64,000 nt of DNA from Bacteroidota bacterium (GTDB lineage: Bacteria > Bacteroidota > Ignavibacteria > Kapaibacteriales > UBA961), in assembly GCA_049317525.1 (NCBI GenBank), contig JBMOIC010000011.1, forward strand, positions 1,643 through 65,642. Reading direction: 5' to 3'. The position numbers and the translations under genes were made by a program. The notes under the pieces were generated by a model. It made no database searches. It saw nothing but the letters and a program-made list of their open reading frames with translations, and was not told where the DNA came from. Shown piece by piece: positions 48,520-58,200 of the stretch (position 1 is its first letter; every line of letters starts with the position of its first letter).

Positions 48520-49656
48520 TTATATCTTTTTAGTATATATAATATGTAAGTCTTCATCGCTTTTTAATACAGCTTGATTACTAAAGGTATATGAATCCCT
48601 TAAAAGATTACTTTCTATCGAGTTGAAAGCAGAAATACCATTTCCAATTATTATTGGAGCAATAAAAACATGCAATTCATCTAAAACTCCAAATTGAAGA
48701 AAATTACTCATCAGATTTCCACCGCATTCCGCAAGAATAGATCCAATATGAAAAGTAGTATATAAAGATTTCAACGTAGAAATAAGGTCTATTTTTCCAG
48801 AGTTATCAGTATCACAGAATAAAAAATGTATCCCCTTTTTTTGTAAAGATTCAACCCTTGAAGATTCTTCCATGTCTTTAGCACAACAGACGATTGTTAA
48901 AGAAGCATAATCATCAGTAAAGATTTGTAAATGTTCTGGCAAGCTACAGTGAGTGTCTAATACAATTCTTAATGGATTTCTACCAGGAACATCTCTGACA
49001 GTTAATGAAGGATTATCGGCCAAAGCAGTTCCTTTACCAATTAAAACAGCATCTACTTCTGCCCTTAATCTATGGACTGTTTTTCTGCTTTCTTTTCCAG
49101 ATATCCATTGAGATTCTCCATTTTTTGTAGAAATACATCCATCTATTGATTGAGCAATTTTACCAATGATATATGGAATTCCACTTACTATATGTTTATT
49201 AAAAAATCTATTAATCCATAATGATTCCACTGTACAAATGTCCTGAATGACTTCTATTCCAGACTTCCTTAATAATTCAATACCTTTACCGGATACTAGT
49301 GGATTAGGGTCTTTCATTCCAATAACAACTGTTTTAATCCCTTTTTCAATTAATAAAGGAGCACAAGGAGGATTTTTACCCACATGCGAACATGGTTCAA
49401 GGTTTACATATGCAATTGCTCCTTTTGGATCTTCAATACAGTGCTGTAAAGCATCTGCTTCAGCATGAATGCCTCCAAATTCTCTATGCCAACCTTCAGC
49501 TATAATCTTATTTTCTTTAACAATTACACAGCCTACTCTAGGATTAGGACTAACTTTTCCTGAACCCCTTAAAGCAAGCTTTAGGACTCTATTCATTATT
49601 TCTTGATGCTGATTCATTGAATGACCTATAAATGCAGAATATGTGCAAATTAACAA
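48520..49656 (-). CDS. ribD: bifunctional riboflavin biosynthesis deaminase/reductase
   Basis: CMP/dCMP deaminase zinc motifs (HAE...PCSHVGKNPPC) plus a C-terminal RibG reductase domain. True start is probably 49617 or 49596. Confidence 0.88.
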   Translation of the reverse strand: MLICTYSAFIGHSMNQHQEIMNRVLKLALRGSGKVSPNPRVGCVIVKENKIIAEGWHREFGGIHAEADALQHCIEDPKGAIAYVNLEPCSHVGKNPPCAPLLIEKGIKTVVIGMKDPNPLVSGKGIELLRKSGIEVIQDICTVESLWINRFFNKHIVSGIPYIIGKIAQSIDGCISTKNGESQWISGKESRKTVHRLRAEVDAVLIGKGTALADNPSLTVRDVPGRNPLRIVLDTHCSLPEHLQIFTDDYASLTIVCCAKDMEESSRVESLQKKGIHFLFCDTDNSGKIDLISTLKSLYTTFHIGSILAECGGNLMSNFLQFGVLDELHVFIAPIIIGNGISAFNSIESNLLRDSYTFSNQAVLKSDEDLHIIYTKKI

Positions 49657-49782
49657 ATATGTTGTGGCCTAAACAATCTAGACATATGATATACATATTG
49701 GAATTCAGTTTTCAATATTTTGTTTGTCAAATGCTTACATTTGTTGCCATTAGTTCAATTCATTCTCTGATAAGAGCAATAT

Positions 49783-50658
49783 ATGAAAAGCATGACCGGG
49801 TATAGTAAAGCAGAATATCATGAAAAGGGGATTAGTACCATTATAGAGTTAAAAAGTGTAAATGGTCGCTATTTAGAAACTTCTGTAAAATTACCTCGTA
49901 GTTTATCACATCGAGAAATTGATATCAGAGAAATGATTAGAAAAGCTCTTAATCGAGGTACAATCTCTGCTTTTATCGTTATAGAATCTGCCGAAGGTGA
50001 CATTAGAATTCCCAAAATGAATCTTGAAAAAGCAATGGCTATTCATCATTCATTACTTGAAATGCAAAAACAATTACATATTGAAACTAATATATCAATC
50101 GATAATATGCTTCAATTCTCTCAGCATTTTCTAGAAAATGATAAAGATGATACGAGTGAATTACAATGGGAAATTGTTTGTGAAGCACTAAAAAAAGCAT
50201 TAATTGATTTAGAAATTTCTCGTGGAATAGAAGGGAAAGAATTAGCCAAAGATATGTTATTTAGAGTAGATAAAATATTGCAAGATTTACTTATTGTAGA
50301 ACATAAATCTGCTGAAAGAATTCCAGAAGAACGCGAAAAAATGCGACAAAAAATTGCTCTACTTTTCGAAAAAGATGAGATTGATGAATTGCGAATTCAA
50401 CAAGAAATTATCTTTTTAGCTGATAAATTAGATGTTTCAGAAGAATGTGTTCGATTAAGAAGCCATATTAAATTCTTTCATGAACTTGCAATTGAAAAGG
50501 AACCAATTGGAAGGAAATTAAATTTTCTCTTACAAGAAATGAATCGAGAAGTAAATACTATTGGTTCAAAAGCTAATGATATTGAGATTGCTCATATTGT
50601 AGTAGGAATGAAAGAAGAATTAGAGAGAATTCGCGAACAAGTTCAAAATATTGAATAA
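49783..50658 (+). CDS. yicC: YicC-family stress-induced protein
   Basis: 291 aa. MKSMTGY.....G...IE.KSVN.RYL, YicC N- and C-terminal domains. Confidence 0.85.
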   Translation: MKSMTGYSKAEYHEKGISTIIELKSVNGRYLETSVKLPRSLSHREIDIREMIRKALNRGTISAFIVIESAEGDIRIPKMNLEKAMAIHHSLLEMQKQLHIETNISIDNMLQFSQHFLENDKDDTSELQWEIVCEALKKALIDLEISRGIEGKELAKDMLFRVDKILQDLLIVEHKSAERIPEEREKMRQKIALLFEKDEIDELRIQQEIIFLADKLDVSEECVRLRSHIKFFHELAIEKEPIGRKLNFLLQEMNREVNTIGSKANDIEIAHIVVGMKEELERIREQVQNIE

Positions 50659-50688
50659 TCTTTTTCCATTATTGTTCTACTGATTGTA

Positions 50689-51255
50689 ATGTCCATACAT
50701 CTTATTGTATTATCTGCTCCAAGTGGCGCAGGAAAAACCACAGTAGCTAAACATCTGCTTGGTAGTTTTCCTCAATGCGAATTTTCTGTTTCTGCTACTA
50801 CCAGGCCTATGCGTTCTGGTGAAGAACATGGAAAAGATTATTTCTTTTTATCTTCTGAAGATTTCATTTCTTGTATTGAACAAGGTGACTTATTAGAATA
50901 TGAAGAAATATTTGGCAATTATTATGGTAGTCTTCGTTCGCAAACCCAAAAGAAAATTCAAGAAAATGCTGTGATATTATTTGATGTGGATGTTCGTGGC
51001 GCTGTATCTTTACAAAAAGCATATCCTAAAGAAGCCTTACTTATCTATATTGCTCCTCCTTCTTTAAAAATCCTTGAAGATCGGTTAATTAAACGAAGCA
51101 CTGAATCTTTACAGCAAATTCAACAAAGATTAAGCCGTGCTGCCATGGAAATGGAATATAGAGAGTATTTTGACCATATTATCATTAATGATGATTTGCA
51201 TGAAACATTAGCCAAAGCTACTGCAATTGTCCATAATGCTCTTTCTAACGAATAA
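50689..51255 (+). CDS. gmk: guanylate kinase
   Basis: 188 aa. P-loop SAPSGAGKTT; SVSATTRPMRSGEEHGKDYFF. Confidence 0.9.
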   Translation: MSIHLIVLSAPSGAGKTTVAKHLLGSFPQCEFSVSATTRPMRSGEEHGKDYFFLSSEDFISCIEQGDLLEYEEIFGNYYGSLRSQTQKKIQENAVILFDVDVRGAVSLQKAYPKEALLIYIAPPSLKILEDRLIKRSTESLQQIQQRLSRAAMEMEYREYFDHIIINDDLHETLAKATAIVHNALSNE

Positions 51256-51269
51256 TATTTAATACTACC

Positions 51270-52706
51270 GTGCAATTTCCATCGCTTATTGGCCATGCTG
51301 CCCAATTGTATAAAATAATCAAGAAATCTAATCAAAGTGCTGAAACATTAGCATCCGATTATTTCCGCAGTAAAAAATATATTGGTAGTAAAGAAAGAAA
51401 ATTCCTCTCAGAATTAGTATTCGCTTCCCTAAGAACTGCATCCCTCATAGATTATCTTTCAGATAATTTATCCCAATTACACCCTTTACAACAAAGTGAT
51501 TATCAAAAAGAAATCTTTGCTTGCCTTTGTACTTGTATTATTGGAAACAATGAACATTATTTTAATTGTGAACATTTAATTCAGCCCGCTTTTGGTTGTA
51601 GCTCTGTTCATGAAGGTGTTGTGCAAACATTAATGCAAAAAGCGGATATATCTTCTGAAGCTGCTACTCTTTGGATTGAACATGTGTGCAATCTATATCG
51701 TCAATTATCCTTAATAGCTGAACAATATACTGATGATCTAAATAATGATATAGATACATTTTCTATCATTTGTTGCATGCCAAGATGGATCATTGAATCA
51801 TTGCAACAATCAACAATGAACAATCATTCTATTTTGACATTGTGTAAATCATTGTATAAAAGTGCAACTGTTGGAATACGAGTTAATAGTTTGGCAATTT
51901 CGATACACACTGCATTGCAGATAATGCTTCAGCATGGAATACAATGTCGGGTAGGACAATATGCGCCTGATGCTATCATCTTATTAGAACGTGTAAAGCT
52001 ACAAGACTTTCCATTATATATGAATGGCTCTATTGAAATACAAGATGAGGGAAGCCAATTAATATCATTAGCATTGAATCCTGAATCTGATTGGCGAATA
52101 TTAGATTATTGTGCAGGTGCAGGTGGAAAGACATTACATTTGGCTGCAATGCAACAAGATCAGGGTGAGATTATAAGTACAGATATAGAATATTCAAGAT
52201 TAAGAGAATTGCATTTTAGATCGGAAAAAGCTCAATTAAGGTCAATTCATCTTGTATCAATGCAATCAAAAACAAGTAAAGATAAAAAGCAGAAAACATT
52301 GTCATATTATAAAGATGCATGTGATGCAGTACTTGTTGATGCTCCATGTACAGGAATGGGAACAGTAAGAAGAATGCCAATGATCAAATGGCGATTAGAA
52401 CCTAAGCATGTGCAAAAGATAGTTGAAAAGCAAAGTGATATTTTGCAAAAGGCTTCTGAATTTGTGAAACCGGGTGGAATATTAATATATGCTACATGTT
52501 CATTACTGAAAGAAGAAAATGGAGATATAGTACACTCATTTTTACAACAAAATCCAGATTTTTTACCCGATCCATTATATCATGCATATCCACAAAAAAC
52601 TATTGAAGCATTAGAAATCACAAAAACTCAATGTGATCTATCATTATTACCAAGTATTCATGGAACAGATGGATTTTTTGTTTCTAGGATGCGACGTAAT
52701 GAGTAA
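51270..52706 (+). CDS. rsmB: 16S rRNA (cytosine-C5)-methyltransferase, RsmB/Sun family
   Basis: 478 aa, GTG start. NusB-like N-terminus. SAM-MTase motifs [30 protein letters not shown]. Confidence 0.8.
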   Translation: MQFPSLIGHAAQLYKIIKKSNQSAETLASDYFRSKKYIGSKERKFLSELVFASLRTASLIDYLSDNLSQLHPLQQSDYQKEIFACLCTCIIGNNEHYFNCEHLIQPAFGCSSVHEGVVQTLMQKADISSEAATLWIEHVCNLYRQLSLIAEQYTDDLNNDIDTFSIICCMPRWIIESLQQSTMNNHSILTLCKSLYKSATVGIRVNSLAISIHTALQIMLQHGIQCRVGQYAPDAIILLERVKLQDFPLYMNGSIEIQDEGSQLISLALNPESDWRILDYCAGAGGKTLHLAAMQQDQGEIISTDIEYSRLRELHFRSEKAQLRSIHLVSMQSKTSKDKKQKTLSYYKDACDAVLVDAPCTGMGTVRRMPMIKWRLEPKHVQKIVEKQSDILQKASEFVKPGGILIYATCSLLKEENGDIVHSFLQQNPDFLPDPLYHAYPQKTIEALEITKTQCDLSLLPSIHGTDGFFVSRMRRNE

Positions 52707-52735
52707 TTTATATAGGAAATACAGAGAGATATATA

Positions 52736-53869
52736 ATGTCTAAAAAAGCACTTATTACTGGAATTACCGGACAAGATGGATCATATCTAGCCGAGTTATT
52801 ATTAAGCAAAGGATATGAAGTTCACGGAATTATTCGAAGAGCCAGTACATTTAATACTCAGAGAATAGATCATATTTATGTGGACCCACATATTGAAGGC
52901 TCTTCTTTGAAATTGCATTATGGTGATTTATCAGATCCTGGTATTTTAACAGAGATAATGCATAAAATTCAACCTAATGAAATTTATCATTTGGGCGCAC
53001 AAAGCCATGTCCGTGTGTCATTTGATATGCCAGAATATACTGGTGATATTACTGCTTTAGGAACAACAAGGATTTTAGAAGCTATAAGACGCAGTGGAAT
53101 TGATACTAAGTTTTATCAAGCATCCTCATCAGAACTTTATGGATCGGCCCCTGCGCCACAATCTGAAACCACTCCTTTTCATCCGCAAAGCCCTTATGCA
53201 GCAGCAAAATTATATGCTTATTGGATGACGGTAAATTATAGGGAAGCATATAATATGTTTGCATGTAATGGCATATTATTTAATCATGAAAGTCCTAGAA
53301 GAGGCGAGATATTTGTAACTCGTAAGATAACCAGAGCTGTTGCAGCAATTATTGCGGGAAAACAGGATACATTATATATTGGCAATTTAGAAGCAAAAAG
53401 AGATTGGGGTTTTGCTCCAGAATATGTTGAAATGATGTGGCTGATGCTTCAACAAGATAAAGCTGATGATTATACAGTTGGCACTGGCAAAAGCTATTCT
53501 GTAAGACAATTTATCGAGTTATCATTTGCTTATGCTGGTATTACAATCAAGTGGAAAGGCTTTGGTAAAGATGAAATAGGAGTTAATCCTGCTAATGGAA
53601 ATATTCTTGTAAAAATTGATGAAAGATATTTTAGACCTACGGAAGTTGATTTTTTACAAGCAGATATTACAAAGGCAAAGCGTCAATTACAATGGGAACC
53701 AAGAGTGCTTTTTGAAGAATTAGTACATATCATGGTTGATTATGATATGATTTCAATGGGATTAAGTTGCCCTGGAGAAGGAATAAAAGCTATGTCCAAT
53801 AAGGGATTTGATTGGATACATCACAATCAAAAAAAAGATATTGGTAAAAATATAAGACAAATTGGATAA
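52736..53869 (+). CDS. gmd: GDP-mannose 4,6-dehydratase
   Basis: 377 aa. [36 protein letters not shown]; [10 protein letters not shown]; classic Gmd. Confidence 0.9.
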   Translation: MSKKALITGITGQDGSYLAELLLSKGYEVHGIIRRASTFNTQRIDHIYVDPHIEGSSLKLHYGDLSDPGILTEIMHKIQPNEIYHLGAQSHVRVSFDMPEYTGDITALGTTRILEAIRRSGIDTKFYQASSSELYGSAPAPQSETTPFHPQSPYAAAKLYAYWMTVNYREAYNMFACNGILFNHESPRRGEIFVTRKITRAVAAIIAGKQDTLYIGNLEAKRDWGFAPEYVEMMWLMLQQDKADDYTVGTGKSYSVRQFIELSFAYAGITIKWKGFGKDEIGVNPANGNILVKIDERYFRPTEVDFLQADITKAKRQLQWEPRVLFEELVHIMVDYDMISMGLSCPGEGIKAMSNKGFDWIHHNQKKDIGKNIRQIG

Positions 53870-53890
53870 TAGAAAACATATCTATAAACA

Positions 53891-53920
53891 AAAAGAGCTC
53901 TCCATTTGGAGAGCTCTTTT
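53891..53920. terminator. bidirectional Rho-independent terminator
   Basis: Perfect 13-bp stem AAAAGAGCTCTCC / GGAGAGCTCTTTT, A-run on the left and T-run on the right. Lies between the converging gmd (+) and rpsD (-). Confidence 0.7.
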
Positions 53921-53938
53921 ACGATATATTTGATATTA

Positions 53939-54541
53939 TTAACGAGAATAAAATTCGATAACAAGAGGAATTTCACAAATAACAGGAACTTCTTCTCTTG
54001 GTGGCAAATAAAGGAATTTTATAGAAAAATCTGCTTTAGAAAGAGAAATATAAGGAGGAGGCACTGCAGCTCTAACTGCTTCTTGGAATGCATCCATTTT
54101 ACGGCTCTTTTCACGTACACTTACAGTATCATTAGGCTTTACTAAATATGAAGGTACATTAACCGGTTTACCATTTACTGAAAAATGACCATGATTAACA
54201 AATTGACGAGCAGAAGCCATTGAACGAGCCATTCCTGAACGGAAAACAACGGCATCTAAACGTGATTCTAGAATTTGAAGTAAAATATCTCCAGTATTTC
54301 CGGTTAAGCGAGCAGCTTTTTTGAAATAATTAGACATTTGGCGTTCATGGATATTGAATTGCAAACGTAATTTTTGCTTTTCAAATAATTGTTGTCCATA
54401 AACTGATAATTTGCCGCGACGCTTAGCACCACCATGTTGTCCTGGTGGATGGGGCTTGCGCTCCATATATTTGCGTGCTTTAGGTGTAAGTGCAATACCC
54501 AATTTTCTGGAATTGCGGATTTTAGGGCCGGTATAATTCAT
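53939..54541 (-). CDS. rpsD: 30S ribosomal protein S4 (located away from the alpha operon)
   Basis: 200 aa. MNYTGPK.R.SRKLG..L.PKAR.....PGQHG..; YGQQLFEKQKLRLQ; S4 domain. GGAG RBS. Confidence 0.93.
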   Translation of the reverse strand: MNYTGPKIRNSRKLGIALTPKARKYMERKPHPPGQHGGAKRRGKLSVYGQQLFEKQKLRLQFNIHERQMSNYFKKAARLTGNTGDILLQILESRLDAVVFRSGMARSMASARQFVNHGHFSVNGKPVNVPSYLVKPNDTVSVREKSRKMDAFQEAVRAAVPPPYISLSKADFSIKFLYLPPREEVPVICEIPLVIEFYSR

Positions 54542-54704
54542 ATAATCTCCATGTACCTAGCAGCGGGTAACCGGTATGTCTTCCCGCGCAATATTAAAAA
54601 AACCGCCATAAAGATATTCTTAAAAGAACAATTATGGTTGGTACTAAATTAGAAAGAGCGCCAAACTAATGTATTTATGATAAATAAACAACTATAATAT
54701 TTGC

Positions 54705-55172
54705 TTATTGATGTGATTTCAACCAGTTAGATATCTCTGATACATGACCAGGTACTTTAACTTTAGAATATTTCTGTTGGATAATTCCTTGTGGATCGAT
54801 GATGAATGTAGAACGTTCTACGCCCATATATTTTCTTCCATACATCGATTTTTCTACCCACACTCCATAAGCTGAACAAATAGATTTGTCTTCATCACTT
54901 AGAAGCATAAAATTAAGTTGATGATCATTAATAAATTTTTGATGTGATTTAACACTATCTGGGCTAATACCAATAATCATTGTATTTAATGATTGTAAGC
55001 TTTCCATAGAATCACGGAAATCGCAAGCTTCTGCAGTACAACCACTTGTATTATCTTTTGGATAGAAGTAAAGGACAATCCACTTTCCTTTTACATCATC
55101 TAATGAAAATGTTTCATTTAGGTGATGTACAGCTTTAAAAGATGGTGCTACTGAAAGAATATCAATACTCAT
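54705..55172 (-). CDS. bcp: peroxiredoxin, Bcp-type thiol peroxidase
   Basis: 155 aa. Peroxidatic Cys in NTSGCTAEACDFRD (T-x-x-C PRX motif); AhpC/TSA fold. Confidence 0.85.
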   Translation of the reverse strand: MSIDILSVAPSFKAVHHLNETFSLDDVKGKWIVLYFYPKDNTSGCTAEACDFRDSMESLQSLNTMIIGISPDSVKSHQKFINDHQLNFMLLSDEDKSICSAYGVWVEKSMYGRKYMGVERSTFIIDPQGIIQQKYSKVKVPGHVSEISNWLKSHQ

Positions 55173-55188
55173 TTCGATATTTCCTTAT

Positions 55189-55221
55189 AAAAAAATGCCA
55201 TGCGTTTTAATACATGGCATT
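55189..55221 (-). terminator. Rho-independent terminator for the 1567-aa gene
   Basis: On the minus strand: stem AATGCCATG ... CATGGCATT followed by T7. Begins 19 nt downstream of the stop at 55240. Confidence 0.6.
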
Positions 55222-55239
55222 GATAAAAAAGTTGGGTCT

Positions 55240-58200
55240 TTATTTTTGTAGAATGATAAGCTTAGATTGAGTTATACCCTGAACATAAATAGAGCATTGA
55301 TACATTCCATTTGGTAAGGAATTAAAATTCAATGGAATCGAATGATATCCTGCTTCTACAAATGAATTAAATGGTAATAAAACAATTCTTCCCATCATGT
55401 CTGAAATAGAAATTTTGACAATTCCAGATTGAGCAATAGAAAAATTAGCAGAAGCTTCTTGTTCTGTAGGATTAGGGATAATTGTATTAAAAGAAAGTGT
55501 ACCAGTGGCAGACTTATCATTATGTTCATCAATACTAGTAGGGAATAATTTTACGCGAATTGTATCTGAATAAATAGTATCGCATGCATTAGAAACTCTA
55601 CACCAGTATAATCCAGTATCTGCAATTGTACTATTGGATCTAGAGAAAATTTTATCTTCGTTTAATGGATCTTTCACACCATTATGGAACCACTCGAATG
55701 TAAATGGAGTTGCACCAGCTGCATTAAGCGATAAAATAATTGTTTTACCAAAATTTGTTGTAAATAAACTTAAAGGTTGAACTAATATTTCTAAAGCTGG
55801 TAAAGATTTTATGATTGCTGTTTCCGATGCACTTGTACCACAAACACCAGTAACAACTACTCTATAGCGTCCATCATACCTTGGGTCCATTTTTGTAATT
55901 GTATATGCAGAGTCTACAGCACCAAGAATATTAGTATCATTTCTTTGCCATTGATATTGAAGCTTTGCGCCTTCTGCAGTACAAAAAAGAGTATGCGGTT
56001 TATTTGGACATGCATTCTTAGATTTTGGCCCTACCAGCACCGCAGTTGGTTTATTCAATAATATTTTAATGATATCGGAAAAGAAACGCGCTTTACTTTC
56101 AAAAACTGTTACTTCTAGAACATATTCTGATGAAGTATCTGCCGGAGTGAGATTTTTTATAGAAAGAATTGGCGTTCTTGCACCAGTAATAATTTTATTA
56201 TCTACTAAAGTAATATTATTCTTTTTCCACTGATATGCTAATTGAAGTCCTGCAATTGTAGGAAACACTTTAGCTGATACCTGAACAGGTTCGCCCAAAC
56301 AAACTGATGTATCTTTAGGTTGAGAAGAGAATAGTACTCCTGGCATAAAGATTCCAACTATTTCACTAGTATCAATTCCACAAGCACCTTCTACAATAAC
56401 TCTATAGCGTATTCCAGTATCAGCAGGAGAAATATTCTTTATTGTGAGTCTTGGACTATTTGCACCTGATATATTACCACTATTGATAATGAATTCTGTG
56501 GTGTCTTTAAACCAACGATATAAAACTTGATTAGAAGGAGGAATACCACCAGCTTCTGCTCCTACTTCAAGAATTGCTGTACCACCTTGCTGAACAAATT
56601 GTGTTTGTGGTTCATTTAAGATAATAGTTTTAGTAGCTACAATTAATTGACAAATATTTGTTTGAATGGTATCTGCACCTGAATTACCAGAAAGAACACA
56701 GCGATAAAAACCTTCATCAAGTATTTTTATATTTTTTAATGATAATTCAGAACGTGTTGAATCTTTGATAGATACATTATTCTTAGTCCATTGATATGTT
56801 AAGTTTGCACCATTTGTAATTGTAGCATTTACTTTAAAAACTGCATTATTACCTAAGCAAGTTGAAACTCTTTGAGGCTGCTGAACAATGGTAATAATTG
56901 GAATAATTTCATCTGCGCCCATATAAGAGCGAGTTCTATTCTGGATATCTATATCTTTAGGGACTACAGTTCTGATTGCAGAATTTCCATATAACAATTC
57001 ATCAGTTAACTCTAATTTCATTAAATCTGATTTAAAAGCTACTAATTTTGATACTGAATGTGAATCTAAACTGATTGGAGCTGCTTTCCAAAATGGTAAA
57101 TCTGGAGGAAAGAAATCATTCACACCATCTGTTAATGCAGCTAAGGTTGTTCCTGAAGAATATAAATTATTATAATCAGAAATCATTTGTGGTCTTCCAC
57201 TAATTGTATCATATGCATATAAAACAGCATAACCACCACCAGAATTATAGAAGATATTATTTTGAATATCTAATTTATTTCCGCCCATAGTTTCTAATGC
57301 TGCTTTTCCTGGAATAGAGCTTTGAGAATGCAATGTATTATGATAAATTCTGGTATTGATAGCATTTTTTACATACATACCAGTAGCAGAAGTTGATGGA
57401 ATACCTGCCTTTACAAGATTATTTGCAAATAGATAAGGATTAGCTGTATCACCTATGATGGAAGCTGTCCAGATACCAGTTCCTGCTTTGATTTGAGAAA
57501 TATAATTATTTGTAATTTTTCCAGAACCGCTAGATTTAAGGATATTAATACCATTGATATTTTCATTATTTGCATTAATGATATTATTATGGATAACTGG
57601 TGCAATAGTATTTGCAATATGTATTGCAGTTGCTTTAACTGAAGAGATATTATTATTTATAATTGATAAAGTATTGCTGGCAATTGCTGAAGTATCATAA
57701 GGCATATAAACTGCATATCCACCACCTTTAATCTTGCAATTTTGAATGGATAAAGAATCTGCTTTATTATCTTCAGAACTATAAATATTCTTGCTAGTTA
57801 AAGCAGAAGAAACCTCGATAGAAGAATTTTCTATACTTATTCTTTTGGTGTGTTTATTAAGTACAAATACATTTCCATACTCTGCACCAAGAGAAGTAAA
57901 ATCAATAGAATTAAAGCGTATTCCATCAGTACCATTTAAATTCATTACATAATTGTTTTCTGGGTATAATGATTCGAAAGAAACACTTGGTGGAGTAATA
58001 GCTTTTGAGTCTTTAGTAATGACAATTGGTTTAGATGGGGAAGCACCAGGAATTTCTCCCATAGATATTTGGGCTACATAAGATCCCGATCTAACAGAAA
58101 AAGTAACTGAATCTAAAATTCCCCAATTACTAATATAAGAACAAGCAATTGCTAGCGTATTGAATTGTGGCGAAGAGCCCCCAACAGTATATGTTCCTTT

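Noticed and set aside
49597-49782. Looked for an FMN riboswitch (RFN element) in the ribD 5' leader
   Set aside because: The leader is extremely AT-rich and lacks the GC-rich conserved RFN cores (no GGGGCAGGG/CCGAC-like segments), so no riboswitch is supported.
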